A DNA stretch of 63,992 nucleotides, filler included, from Acetivibrio sp. (lineage in GTDB: Bacteria > Bacillota > Clostridia > Acetivibrionales > Acetivibrionaceae), in assembly GCF_035371925.1 (NCBI RefSeq). It is 4 parts of 4 records of this genome, joined end to end, with 100 filler letters (N's around TTAATTAATTAA, not from the genome) between each part and the next. Parts side by side here need not be neighbours in the genome. Positions count along the whole stretch, not along the records: positions 16,575 to 32,945 come from NZ_DAORXT010000065.1; positions 33,046 to 49,384 come from NZ_DAORXT010000066.1; 2 more parts are not named here. One strand, written 5' to 3'. Each line of letters starts with the position of its first letter. Position 1 is the first letter of the stretch. The position numbers were made by a program, and so were the translations under genes. The notes beneath the pieces are model-generated. The model made no database searches. It saw nothing but the letters and a program-made list of their open reading frames with translations, and was not told where the DNA came from. This document shows positions 29,342 to 38,510 of the stretch, in pieces.

Positions 29342-30940
29342 CTAAAATTTTCTTTTTATTATGTTTCTTTTCCAATTTTCATCATCCGTTTTTTGGTAAT
29401 CCAATCTAAAATGTGCCCCTCGACTTTCTTTGCGTTCCAAAGCCGATTCAATTACAAGCTTTGAAATTAGAACGATGTTTTGAATCTCAAAGTCGCTGAC
29501 ACTGGTATTTTTCATGCCCTTTATAAGCTCGTAGTATTCATCCACCTTTTTCTTTGCCTTTTCAAGGCCTTCCTTTTCTCTTACAATCCCAACATACTGG
29601 GTCATTGTTTCCTGAATGTCCTTTTTGATTTTATTTACATCAATATTTTTTTCCACTCTGTTTGACTTAGCTTTAACACTGACTTTTTGAGGTACATTTT
29701 GGCTATTTTCAATTATATTCTCCACTTCTTTTCCTATCTTATGCCCAAACACCAAACCCTCAAGAAGTGAATTGCTAGCCAGTCTGTTTGCTCCATGTAT
29801 TCCATTGCATGCAACCTCACCGCACGCATAAAAGCCCTTTATATTCGTACGTCCAAACACATCCGTCCTTATTCCGCCCATACAGTAGTGCTCAGCCGGG
29901 GCAACAGGAATATAATCTTTGGATATATCTATCCCATAGCTCAAGCATGTCTTGTAAATATTCGGAAACCTTTGTTCTAAATATTCCTTATCCTTAAATG
30001 TAATATCCAAATAAACATGTGTAGAATTTGTCTCATTCATTTCATGAAAAATCGACCTTGAAACTATATCCCTCGGTGCCAGTTCTTTCATCTCATGGTA
30101 TTTAGGCATAAACCTTTCACCATTAATATTTCTTAATATAGCTCCTTCTCCTCTTACCGCTTCAGATATGAGAAAGCTTTTATTCTCCGGATGAAAAAGA
30201 ACTGTGGGATGAAATTGGACAAACTCCAAATCCATGAGCTCCGCACCTGCTCTATAAGCAAGACCTGCTCCATCGCCGGTTGCCACCTCAGGATTTGTTG
30301 TATTTGAATATAATTGTCCAAATCCTCCTGTAGCACATACCACAACATTAGCCCTGTAAAATATATAGGAAGAGCTGTCTTCATCATAGGCCAATACGCC
30401 TTTGCACACATTATCTTCTGTGATTAAATCTAACGCTGCAACTCGTTCCTTTATTTTGACGTTCTCCCTTGTCCTCACTACCGATATGAGCTTGTCGCAG
30501 ACTTCTTTGCCCGTTGTGTCTCCGGCATGTATGATCCTGTTTTTGCTGTGAGCCCCCTCCCTTGTGAGAGAAAGCTCATCTTTGCTTTTTCTGTCAAAAT
30601 TTACTCCAAACTTGCATAAAGTCTCGATGTTTGCCGCAGCTTCATTAACCAAAACCCATACACTTTTCTCGTCACACAAACCTGCTCCGGCATAAATTGT
30701 ATCCTTGAAATGCAATTCAGGCGAATCCCCTTTGTCAAGGGAAACAGCTATCCCCCCTTGGGCAAGAACCGAATTGCTTATTTCAATAGTTTCCTTGGTC
30801 AGTATCACAACATCATATTTTTCAGGTATCTCAAGTGCAGTGTAAACTCCTGCTATACCGCTGCCTATAATAACCACATCATGGTGCTCTGTAAGTATCT
30901 CATCCGTGTCAAAATCCACCAAATATCTATTCCCATCCAA
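29342..30940 (-). CDS. nadB: L-aspartate oxidase
   Basis: GSGIAG FAD motif, AQGGIA, EFVQFHPT, LISEAVRGEG, HGANRLASNSLLE and ESRGAHFR. Confidence 0.96.
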   Translation of the reverse strand: MDGNRYLVDFDTDEILTEHHDVVIIGSGIAGVYTALEIPEKYDVVILTKETIEISNSVLAQGGIAVSLDKGDSPELHFKDTIYAGAGLCDEKSVWVLVNEAAANIETLCKFGVNFDRKSKDELSLTREGAHSKNRIIHAGDTTGKEVCDKLISVVRTRENVKIKERVAALDLITEDNVCKGVLAYDEDSSSYIFYRANVVVCATGGFGQLYSNTTNPEVATGDGAGLAYRAGAELMDLEFVQFHPTVLFHPENKSFLISEAVRGEGAILRNINGERFMPKYHEMKELAPRDIVSRSIFHEMNETNSTHVYLDITFKDKEYLEQRFPNIYKTCLSYGIDISKDYIPVAPAEHYCMGGIRTDVFGRTNIKGFYACGEVACNGIHGANRLASNSLLEGLVFGHKIGKEVENIIENSQNVPQKVSVKAKSNRVEKNIDVNKIKKDIQETMTQYVGIVREKEGLEKAKKKVDEYYELIKGMKNTSVSDFEIQNIVLISKLVIESALERKESRGAHFRLDYQKTDDENWKRNIIKRKF

Positions 30941-31054
30941 AATTTGTTACTCCTCCTCTAACAATTCCATCTGTTTTTTATCACAACAAAAGCTCCGGAT
31001 AACCATACCCAGCAACCTCGGAGCCTTGAATTCAGCTAATAAAATAGATATAAA

Positions 31055-31966
31055 TCAGCCAATTTGAATCATTCTATCCAGGGCTTTTTTGGCATTTAAT
31101 CTTATATCCTCGTCAAGTTTTATTTCATACTTCATTTCATTTAATGCATTGTACACACTTTCCAAGGTGGTTTTTTTCATATTCGGGCATATCAATCCTT
31201 GAGAGAGCAGATAGAAGGTTTTGTTCGGATTGTCCTTCTTAAGCTTGTACACAACTCCCATTTCAGTGCCTATGATAAACTTTGAATGGCCGGATTCTTT
31301 GGCAAAGTCAATTATCTGCTTGGTACTTCCCACAAAGTCCGCCTCTTCCCAAACCTCTTTCTTGCACTCCGGATGTACAAGCAAAAGAGCGTCAGGATGA
31401 ATTTTTCTAATCTCTCTAACTTGGTCAACGTTGATCCTGTGATGTGTAATGCAAAAACCTTCCCATAAAATTATATTCTTTTCCGGAACCTTCTGGGCAA
31501 CATAACTTCCCAAGTTTCTGTCGGGAACAAACAATATGTCCTTTTCGGGAATTGACTTTACAACCTCAATGGCATTCGATGACGTACAGCATATGTCGCT
31601 TTCCGCTTTTACCTCTGCAGATGAATTGACATAACAAACAACAACAGCCCCCGGATGTTTTTTCTTCTCTTCTCTCAAAGCCTCTGCCGTAACCATGTCG
31701 GCCATGGGGCAGCCGGCATCAATTTCCGGAAGCAGCACCGTCTTTGACGGTGAAAGTATCTTTGCGCTTTCCGCCATAAAATGAACGCCGCAAAAAACAA
31801 TAACATCCTTGTCATTATTGGCACAGTATCTGCTCAAAGCCAACGAATCGCCAATGACATCCGCTATTTCTTGCACTTCGTCATTCTGATAATTGTGAGC
31901 CACTATTACGGCATTTTTCTCTTTTTTCAATTCATTTATTTTTTGAATCAACTCGTTGTTACTCAA
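31055..31966 (-). CDS. nadA: Quinolinate synthase
   Basis: [40 protein letters not shown] and CPNMK motifs. Confidence 0.96.
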   Translation of the reverse strand: MSNNELIQKINELKKEKNAVIVAHNYQNDEVQEIADVIGDSLALSRYCANNDKDVIVFCGVHFMAESAKILSPSKTVLLPEIDAGCPMADMVTAEALREEKKKHPGAVVVCYVNSSAEVKAESDICCTSSNAIEVVKSIPEKDILFVPDRNLGSYVAQKVPEKNIILWEGFCITHHRINVDQVREIRKIHPDALLLVHPECKKEVWEEADFVGSTKQIIDFAKESGHSKFIIGTEMGVVYKLKKDNPNKTFYLLSQGLICPNMKKTTLESVYNALNEMKYEIKLDEDIRLNAKKALDRMIQIG

Positions 31967-32059
31967 TCTAATTACCTTCCTATCAGCTAATAATATTCTT
32001 CTTACTATAATACTTTTTTTAATTTTAATACTTTACTCCCCTTTTGTAAAGGAGATATT

Positions 32060-32084
32060 AAAAAACCTGCATAGCGCAGGTTTT
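32060..32084 (-). terminator. Terminator between agrB and nadA
   Basis: AAAACCTGC / GCAGGTTTT stem with a T-tract on the minus strand. Confidence 0.7.
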
Positions 32085-32109
32085 AATTCATTTATCCATT
32101 ATATATTAT

Positions 32110-32739
32110 CTATTTTCTCACTCTATCTATTTCTCTTTCAAGACTTCCAAAAAACTTGTGCCCCAGCGGCGTTACGGTAAATACCTCAAGTATAACTCCA
32201 AAGCATCCCGACAAAGTGTACATATTTAGTTTAAAATACACTGCGGTCAAAGACGCTAATAGCCATAATATTATAAACAATACGGATAATCTCTTAAATT
32301 TGTCGATTTCCTCCTGTTTGGTTATCGGCCTGTTGGGATTGTCGGAAGGGGCCCATTTTAACAAACATATCAGTGAAACAATAAATGTTAATATTACAAA
32401 AATCAGAATTGATATTCTATTCCAGAAAGGATATGTATATTTCGAAATTAGGGCTGCTGCAATAAATACGCCTAAAGAAACTGCTATGCACTTTCCGAAA
32501 GTCTTCATATGATAGCCTCCGGCTATCTGCCTTAAGACTACAAAAACACCCACAATTATAAGAGAAGGAAGTATCGTCCGTGTTATGCCCGCCAGCAATA
32601 TTAAAAGTAACCCTTTAATTATTGCACCAATTACGACTTGAAACCCGAAATAGTATATTCTCCTGCTTTCGTGGCTGCCATTCATCTGTTTCATTAAATA
32701 GTCCGCGCCCTTGTAGGATAAAGTTTGAATAATTCTCAT
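32110..32739 (-). CDS. agrB: Accessory gene regulator B (AgrB) family peptidase
   Basis: Multi-TM protein; LRQIAGGYHMKTFGKC retains the His/Cys catalytic motif; WAPSDNPNRPI matches the AgrB yAP.d..nkP motif. Confidence 0.85.
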   Translation of the reverse strand: MRIIQTLSYKGADYLMKQMNGSHESRRIYYFGFQVVIGAIIKGLLLILLAGITRTILPSLIIVGVFVVLRQIAGGYHMKTFGKCIAVSLGVFIAAALISKYTYPFWNRISILIFVILTFIVSLICLLKWAPSDNPNRPITKQEEIDKFKRLSVLFIILWLLASLTAVYFKLNMYTLSGCFGVILEVFTVTPLGHKFFGSLEREIDRVRK

Positions 32740-32891
32740 CCCACCACTCCCCTCTTTTTTATCTTATATTAATTATACTATATATAGACAAGTTATGTAA
32801 TATTTAATAAGAAATATTGTCTATTAAATTCAATTTTTGTATATATGAGAAGGAACTGACTGGGAAAGAATGAAAACCGTGAAAATAAAGC

Positions 32892-32920
32892 AAAGCCCTA
32901 TGGAGTAACCACAGAGCTTT
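32892..32920 (-). terminator. Putative rRNA operon terminator
   Basis: Minus strand AAAGCTCTGTGG-TTACT-CCATAGGGCTTT hairpin 10 nt downstream of the 5S 3' end. Confidence 0.6.
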
Positions 32921-32930
32921 GATATTAAAT

Positions 32931-32945
32931 CTGGCAGCGACCTAC
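32931..32945 (-). rRNA. rrf: 5S rRNA, 3'-terminal fragment truncated by the contig end
   Basis: Minus strand GTAGGTCGCTGCCAG is the typical 5S 3' end (..GAGAGTAGGTCGCTGCCAG); only 15 nt visible. Confidence 0.6.
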
Positions 32946-33045
32946 NNNNNNNNNNNNNNNNNNNNNNNNNNNNNNNNNNNNNNNNNNNNTTAATTAATTA
33001 ANNNNNNNNNNNNNNNNNNNNNNNNNNNNNNNNNNNNNNNNNNNN
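32946..33045. other. Artificial contig spacer
   Basis: 44 N + TTAATTAATTAA + 44 N. Confidence 0.98.
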
Positions 33046-33302
33046 TGGTTTCCTTTTATTTAGTATAAAAAATCGAATTTTCCTGGGCTTCAAAAAGTAT
33101 GTTTTTTCAATTTAAAAGATATTCATTATTTTATTTAGTGTGAAAAGAGATACATTGGGCATTAAAATTTTTCGATAAAATCTGTATAATTATCTGCATT
33201 TTTATTAACCTTTCTGCATATGATTCATAAGTGATATTTTTTATTGAATACTTTTAACATTTAAATTTACAGTAATAACCTAAACGGAAACTTCTTCAGT
33301 TC

Positions 33303-33330
33303 ACCTTTCTTCTGTAAAGCACATATTATA
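33303..33330 (+). promoter_or_regulatory. SigK-type (late mother-cell) promoter
   Basis: AC(33303-33304)-17bp-CATATTATA(33322-33330), an exact match to the B. subtilis sigK consensus AC-N17-CATANNNTA. Confidence 0.6.
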
Positions 33331-33374
33331 CAGTGTAAAGACAAGAACAATCAATCTAAAGGAAGGTGTACAAA

Positions 33375-33743
33375 ATGGCTACATTATTTAAACTTGCCAT
33401 TACGGCAGAAACTGCAACCTCTGTTTTAACAAAACCAGATGTGAAAAGGTATTTTTATACTTTTGACCCGCAGCACCTTGATCAAGGAACTTTGACCATT
33501 CCTGCAAATGCTTTTGTAGATGACCAAGGGGATCCGGTAAGCAGCATTACATTAGTTACACAGAACAACGGGTATTATTCACTATTTATAAATGGTGTGC
33601 TGCAGCAAGAATCGTTATATACAGTTTCGGCAAACGATGTAGTAGTAACGGATGCAAGTACCATACAAAACGACACCCCAATTATTTTGGTGGTTACGAA
33701 CTTCGCCCCGGAAGCAGACTCTACAACTACAATAACAACCTGA
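33375..33743 (+). CDS. Single-domain DUF4183 protein
   Basis: 122 aa from ATG 33375; YYSLFINGVLQQESLYTV signature; Thr-rich termini. Confidence 0.8.
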   Translation: MATLFKLAITAETATSVLTKPDVKRYFYTFDPQHLDQGTLTIPANAFVDDQGDPVSSITLVTQNNGYYSLFINGVLQQESLYTVSANDVVVTDASTIQNDTPIILVVTNFAPEADSTTTITT

Positions 33744-33750
33744 CGAAGAG

Positions 33751-33785
33751 AAAAGGGTGGGCCATCGGGTTACACCCTTTTATTT
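33751..33785 (+). terminator. Intra-cassette hairpin/terminator
   Basis: AAAAGGGTG / CACCCTTTT followed by ATTTC, between the two DUF4183 genes. Confidence 0.65.
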
Positions 33786-33854
33786 CGGATACAATTTTGA
33801 AAATATATGAAAAATGCCAAAATTATTCTACAAGTTTAACTTGGAGTGTGAGTT

Positions 33855-35219
33855 ATGGGCAGCACGAGGTTACCGGATATTAATTGCTATATTACGGATA
33901 AAGACGGAAACATTTTAGATCCGTACAAACCCAATGCCGTTAATTTTACCATAAAGAAACCTTGCACCAAGGCTGTTCAAAAACAAGTACACTTACCTTC
34001 AGGGAAAATTGAGTATGTAGATAATTTTTCTGTAGAGATAAAAGGGTATATTTCCGTTTTTGCAAATGAGGAACGTATTTGTGAGCCAATACCTTTTAAG
34101 TTATTTAAAAATTTTTATCTATACGCCCCAAAAGGAACTGAGATATCATTCAAAGTATATGATTTTAACTGTTACATCGGTCAGGTTTTTTTAAAAAGCA
34201 ATTTAATCAATGCAAATATAAAAGTAATGTTTGGTATTATTGCTTATTCTGAGGCCCAAGTAGACTTGATTGTTCCTGTAATTGAAAAACCATCGCAGGA
34301 TGTTGGAAATTTTGAAATAAAAAAAGAATGTATTAAAGTTACTAAAATATTCCATCAGTGTTCTTTTACAAAAGAATTCAGTATTTTTTTTAAAGACGAA
34401 ATTATTAGAGCTGAAGTTTATCAATATAATGCTTTATCAGACGGAATTAAAAAGACATATACCGATAAGGATGAATTAACCGAATACGGCAACCGGGGTA
34501 TTCTTGATCCTCGCGAGGTTTCATATTCTTCTCTTTATGTTAATGGGGTTCTTCAGCCAAGTGCAAATTATGATATAAAAAGGGGAGTTCTTACATTAAA
34601 AACAGAAGATGCACCGCAAAAAAACGCTCCTATTGCAATCAATTTTGTTACTTTTAAAGATAAAAGGGGTATGGTTTTTCCTGGGGAAATATATTACTAC
34701 AATGCAATTTCCGACGGTACGAAGAAGAAATTTACCAGCGAAGACGAGCTAAAATTTTACGGAAATAAAGGTATTATCGACCCTCAACAAGTTTCCTTTG
34801 TCAATTTGTATATCAACGGAGTATTGCAACCGGCAATTAACTATTCGGTGGAAAAAGAGCTTCTGACTTTACTGACTTCCGACATACCTCAAAAAGGTGT
34901 TCCTATTACATTGGAGTACATAACCATCAGAGATGTTTACGGCAAAATTCTTAAAGCAAAGACTTATACATATACTGCTTTGGCCCATGAAAAAAATACA
35001 TATACCAATAAAGATGAATTGAAAATGTATGGAAATAAAGGTATATTAGATCCCAAAAAAGCTTCCTATTGCAACCTTTTTATAAATGCTGTGCTCCAAC
35101 CGTCTGGCAGTTATTCGGTTCAAAAGGGGTTACTTACTGTAAATACCAGGGATCGACCTTTAAAAGGTGCACCTATTTGCCTGCAATTTATCAGTGTTTC
35201 TTACTCAAACTGTTATTAG
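33855..35219 (+). CDS. Protein with an N-terminal Cys-containing domain and three tandem DUF4183 domains
   Basis: Three ~85-aa repeats: DELxxYGNxGIxDPxxxSxxxLx(V/I)NxVLQPxxxY...PI. Confidence 0.82.
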   Translation: MGSTRLPDINCYITDKDGNILDPYKPNAVNFTIKKPCTKAVQKQVHLPSGKIEYVDNFSVEIKGYISVFANEERICEPIPFKLFKNFYLYAPKGTEISFKVYDFNCYIGQVFLKSNLINANIKVMFGIIAYSEAQVDLIVPVIEKPSQDVGNFEIKKECIKVTKIFHQCSFTKEFSIFFKDEIIRAEVYQYNALSDGIKKTYTDKDELTEYGNRGILDPREVSYSSLYVNGVLQPSANYDIKRGVLTLKTEDAPQKNAPIAINFVTFKDKRGMVFPGEIYYYNAISDGTKKKFTSEDELKFYGNKGIIDPQQVSFVNLYINGVLQPAINYSVEKELLTLLTSDIPQKGVPITLEYITIRDVYGKILKAKTYTYTALAHEKNTYTNKDELKMYGNKGILDPKKASYCNLFINAVLQPSGSYSVQKGLLTVNTRDRPLKGAPICLQFISVSYSNCY

Positions 35220-35476
35220 TCTGTACATATCTATTATCATGCCCGTCAAAAAGTTGGAAGTTTTACCGCTTATAATGCCTATAAATTATTGAAATAAGGG
35301 TTCCCGGTTATTGCTTGCTTCCTCTCATCAAATCAATATGGCTCATATCGCGGAACCCTCATTTTTCGGCTTTTTATGTAGCGAAACTGTCTTTTTTTTA
35401 TTCGTACAGAACTCTTACCCACAAGTACGGCTTGGCTTTGCTTGATACACTCAATAAAAAGCAAATTTTTCTATAC

Positions 35477-35548
35477 AATAAAAGCTCGGGACATCGAGTC
35501 CCTTCGCTTTTGCCTCTTTCATTTCATTCCAAGAGGCCAAATAAAAAA
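35477..35548 (-). repeat. 72-bp dispersed hairpin-rich repeat, copy 2
   Basis: Reverse complement of 6832-6903. Confidence 0.9.
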
Positions 35549-35573
35549 GCAGATGAGAAAATCACCTGCTTTT
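35545..35573 (-). terminator. ilvE terminator
   Basis: AAAAGCAG / CTGCTTTT stem plus a T-tract on the minus strand. Confidence 0.7.
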
Positions 35574-35603
35574 GAAAAATATATGCTAAAATATATGCTA
35601 ATA

Positions 35604-36674
35604 TTATTTTACTTCCTCAATCCATCCGAAGGTATCTTCTTTCTTTCCGCTTTGAATGCCTGTGATAGTATCGTAAACAAACGCGGATGTTTCTCCGATT
35701 TTTCCGCCATTTATTTCTATTATATTACCGTTCCAGTTTAATTCACCGATAGGTGAAATTACTGCAGCCGTTCCGGTACCGAAAGCTTCTTTGAGAGTTC
35801 CTGCAGCATGAGCGTCGTAAATTTCCTGTATGCTTATTTTTCTTTCCGTTACTTTTACACCGGATGCTCTAAGAAGCTCAATTGTAGATTGACGGGTTAT
35901 TCCGGCCAGGATACTGCCTTCGAGGGATGGTGTGATAACTTCATCGTTGATTTTGAAAAATACATTCATGGTACCTACTTCTTCAACATACTTTTTCTCG
36001 ATTCCGTCAAGCCAGAGTACCTGGGTATAACCAATTTCCTTTGCCTTAACCTGTGCTATAAGGCTTGCGGCATAGTTGCCGGGAGTTTTTGAATAACCTA
36101 TACCTCCCTTTACGGCACGGACATACTCGTTTTCAACATATATTTTTACAGGATTGATTCCTTCTTTATAGTAAGCTCCTACAGGGGAAAGAATGATTAT
36201 GAATTTGTATGTCCATGACGGTCTTACACCAAGGTATGGGTCGGTGGCAATTATAAACGGACGGATGTAGAGAGAAGTACCTTCAGCTTCGGGAATCCAG
36301 TCTTTATCTACACTTACAAGAGTTTTGCATGCCTCTACGGCGAAATCAACGTCTATATGAGGTATGCACAGCCTGTCATTTGAAATATTGATTCTTTCCA
36401 TGTTCTTTTTTGGTCTGAAAAGAAGGATTTTCCCTTCCGGTGTTTTGTAAGCTTTTAATCCTTCGAAGACTGCCTGACCGTAATGGAATACCATTGTACT
36501 GGGGTCCAAGGAAAGAGGTCCGTAGGGAACAATTCTTGGGTCGTGCCAGCCTTTGCCTTCAGTATAATCCATTATAAACATGTGGTCGGTAAAGATCTGG
36601 CCAAAGCCTAAATTATTCTGGTCAGGCTTGCTTTTCGGATTTTGAGTTTTTTGAATACTAATTTGGTAGGACAT
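35604..36674 (-). CDS. ilvE: Branched-chain amino acid aminotransferase
   Basis: GFGQIFTDHMF, HYGQAVFEGLKAY, LYIRPF, SKTPGNYAASL, EVGTMN, ILAGITR and FGTGTAAVISP motifs. Confidence 0.96.
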   Translation of the reverse strand: MSYQISIQKTQNPKSKPDQNNLGFGQIFTDHMFIMDYTEGKGWHDPRIVPYGPLSLDPSTMVFHYGQAVFEGLKAYKTPEGKILLFRPKKNMERINISNDRLCIPHIDVDFAVEACKTLVSVDKDWIPEAEGTSLYIRPFIIATDPYLGVRPSWTYKFIIILSPVGAYYKEGINPVKIYVENEYVRAVKGGIGYSKTPGNYAASLIAQVKAKEIGYTQVLWLDGIEKKYVEEVGTMNVFFKINDEVITPSLEGSILAGITRQSTIELLRASGVKVTERKISIQEIYDAHAAGTLKEAFGTGTAAVISPIGELNWNGNIIEINGGKIGETSAFVYDTITGIQSGKKEDTFGWIEEVK

Positions 36675-36983
36675 ATTTATTTAACCCCTTTCAATAATAA
36701 CATTAAAATAAAAATATTCGGAATGTGAATATTCCAATATTTATTTGCGCATATGATAATAATGATTTGATTCTTTAACCCGGAATCTAATCTCTATTAT
36801 GCTACTTTTTTTTTCAAAAATCCAGTACTTTTAAACTTTGAGAAAAAAATAATTCACCGTAACACAACGTTTTTGTTGCTATGGTGTTACATTATTGCTA
36901 TTATAGTTATAGCTTATTGATTAGTATGTTCGGTTAATGTTTATCATATTTTTATGAACTGAATAATGAGTTGGAGGAGAAAA

Positions 36984-37484
36984 ATGCTGGAAAAATTTTA
37001 TCCGGATTTGCAGGCAAACAGAGTACAGGATATTGACCTGGATTTTCTAATTAAAAAAAATATTAAAGGTCTTATTCTTGACATAGACAATACGCTTGTA
37101 CCTGAGCATATGGAAGAAGCAGATGAAAATGCGATAGCTTGGATTGAAAAGGTTAAGAAAATGGGATTTAGGGTTTGTATTGTATCAAATGCTTCTGAAA
37201 AGCGTGTGGTTAAATTTAACGACAAACTCAATGTTGATGTCATCCATAGGGCTTCAAAACCAAACAGAAAGTCATTTCTGAAAGCTATGGAAATAATGAA
37301 TACAAAAGCCTCGGAAACAGCTGTAATCGGAGACCAGATTTTTACCGATATATATGGGGGAAACAAGGTTGATGTGTTTACGATACTGGTCAATCCGATA
37401 GACAAAAGAGAGTATTTTTTTGTCAGACTGAAAAGAATCGCTGAAAAAATTGTTCTTGCAAAAATGAAAAATAGGAAAAACTAA
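36984..37484 (+). CDS. yqeG: YqeG-family HAD IIIA phosphatase
   Basis: LDIDNTL, IVSNA, ASKP and IGDQIFTDIYGG motifs. Confidence 0.92.
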   Translation: MLEKFYPDLQANRVQDIDLDFLIKKNIKGLILDIDNTLVPEHMEEADENAIAWIEKVKKMGFRVCIVSNASEKRVVKFNDKLNVDVIHRASKPNRKSFLKAMEIMNTKASETAVIGDQIFTDIYGGNKVDVFTILVNPIDKREYFFVRLKRIAEKIVLAKMKNRKN

Positions 37485-37546
37485 AAATTGGAAAAAACAC
37501 AATTTATCATTATAAAATAAACTGAATAATGGAGAGAGGAAAGTCT

Positions 37547-38443
37547 ATGGATATCGATGTCAGGGTAACAGGAAAGACAAGATTGTTGGGGCTTGTTGGA
37601 AATCCCGTTGAGCATTCCATATCACCCGAGCTTCATAATTCATTGAGTACGCTTTTGGGGCTTGATATTGTTTATGTTCCTCTGGCGGTCAAGAAGGCGG
37701 ATCTTGAGACAGTGGTGAAAGCTCTGAAATCATTGGATTTTATAGGTTTCAACGTTACAATTCCCTACAAGAGGGACATAATGAAGTATCTTGATGAAAA
37801 TACAAAGGAATCCATATTAATGGGAGCGGTAAATACGGTAAAGAAGATTGACGGCCGCTTGTATGGCTATAACACCGATGCGGAAGGTTTTCTAAGGTCA
37901 TTTAAAGAGGAGACGGGTGTGGGCTTTAAAGGCAAAAAGGTTGTACTTATAGGAGCCGGAGGAGTGGCTCGTGCAATTGCCGTTAAAATTGCCGGAGAGG
38001 ATGCGGAAAAAATCAGTCTTGTAAACCGTACCGCCGAGAAAGCCATTGAGCTTGCAGATGTTGTGAATGAAAATGTAAAAGAGATAGTTCAGGTGTACAA
38101 TTTTGAAGACAAAACCTTCAGGATGGCTTTTGAGGAAAGCGATATTATTATTAACACTACTTCTGTGGGCATGTACCCGAAAACTCGGGAAACACCGATT
38201 AAATTCAGTGAATGCTTCAATAAAAAACAGATTGTGTATGATGTAATTTATAATCCTGAAAAAACCAAATTTTTAAAAGATGCAGAAAAAATGGGAGCAA
38301 AGACCGTCAACGGGCTTGGAATGCTCTTCTATCAAGGAATAAGTGCTTATGAAATTTGGACAGGTGTCAAGCTTACTGAGGATATACTAAAAAGTGTTTA
38401 TGATTCTTTCAAAAAATATTTAAAAGTCAAGTCGTCTAAATAA
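37547..38443 (+). CDS. aroE: Shikimate dehydrogenase
   Basis: GNPVEHSISP, GFNVTIPYK, GAVNT, GYNTD, GAGG, INTTSVGM and GLGMLFYQG motifs. Confidence 0.95.
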   Translation: MDIDVRVTGKTRLLGLVGNPVEHSISPELHNSLSTLLGLDIVYVPLAVKKADLETVVKALKSLDFIGFNVTIPYKRDIMKYLDENTKESILMGAVNTVKKIDGRLYGYNTDAEGFLRSFKEETGVGFKGKKVVLIGAGGVARAIAVKIAGEDAEKISLVNRTAEKAIELADVVNENVKEIVQVYNFEDKTFRMAFEESDIIINTTSVGMYPKTRETPIKFSECFNKKQIVYDVIYNPEKTKFLKDAEKMGAKTVNGLGMLFYQGISAYEIWTGVKLTEDILKSVYDSFKKYLKVKSSK

Positions 38444-38510
38444 TTGAAACACAAGCTGCAAATATTTGTCCGTAAAATGTCTCGGGGATAAAAATCCAGG
38501 GAGTGAGTTT

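Noticed and set aside
36713..36733. CodY-like or palindromic site upstream of ilvE (AATATTC-N7-GAATATT)
   Set aside because: About 5 mismatches to AATTTTCWGAAAATT in AT-rich DNA, so not distinguishable from chance. No T-box leader is recognisable either.
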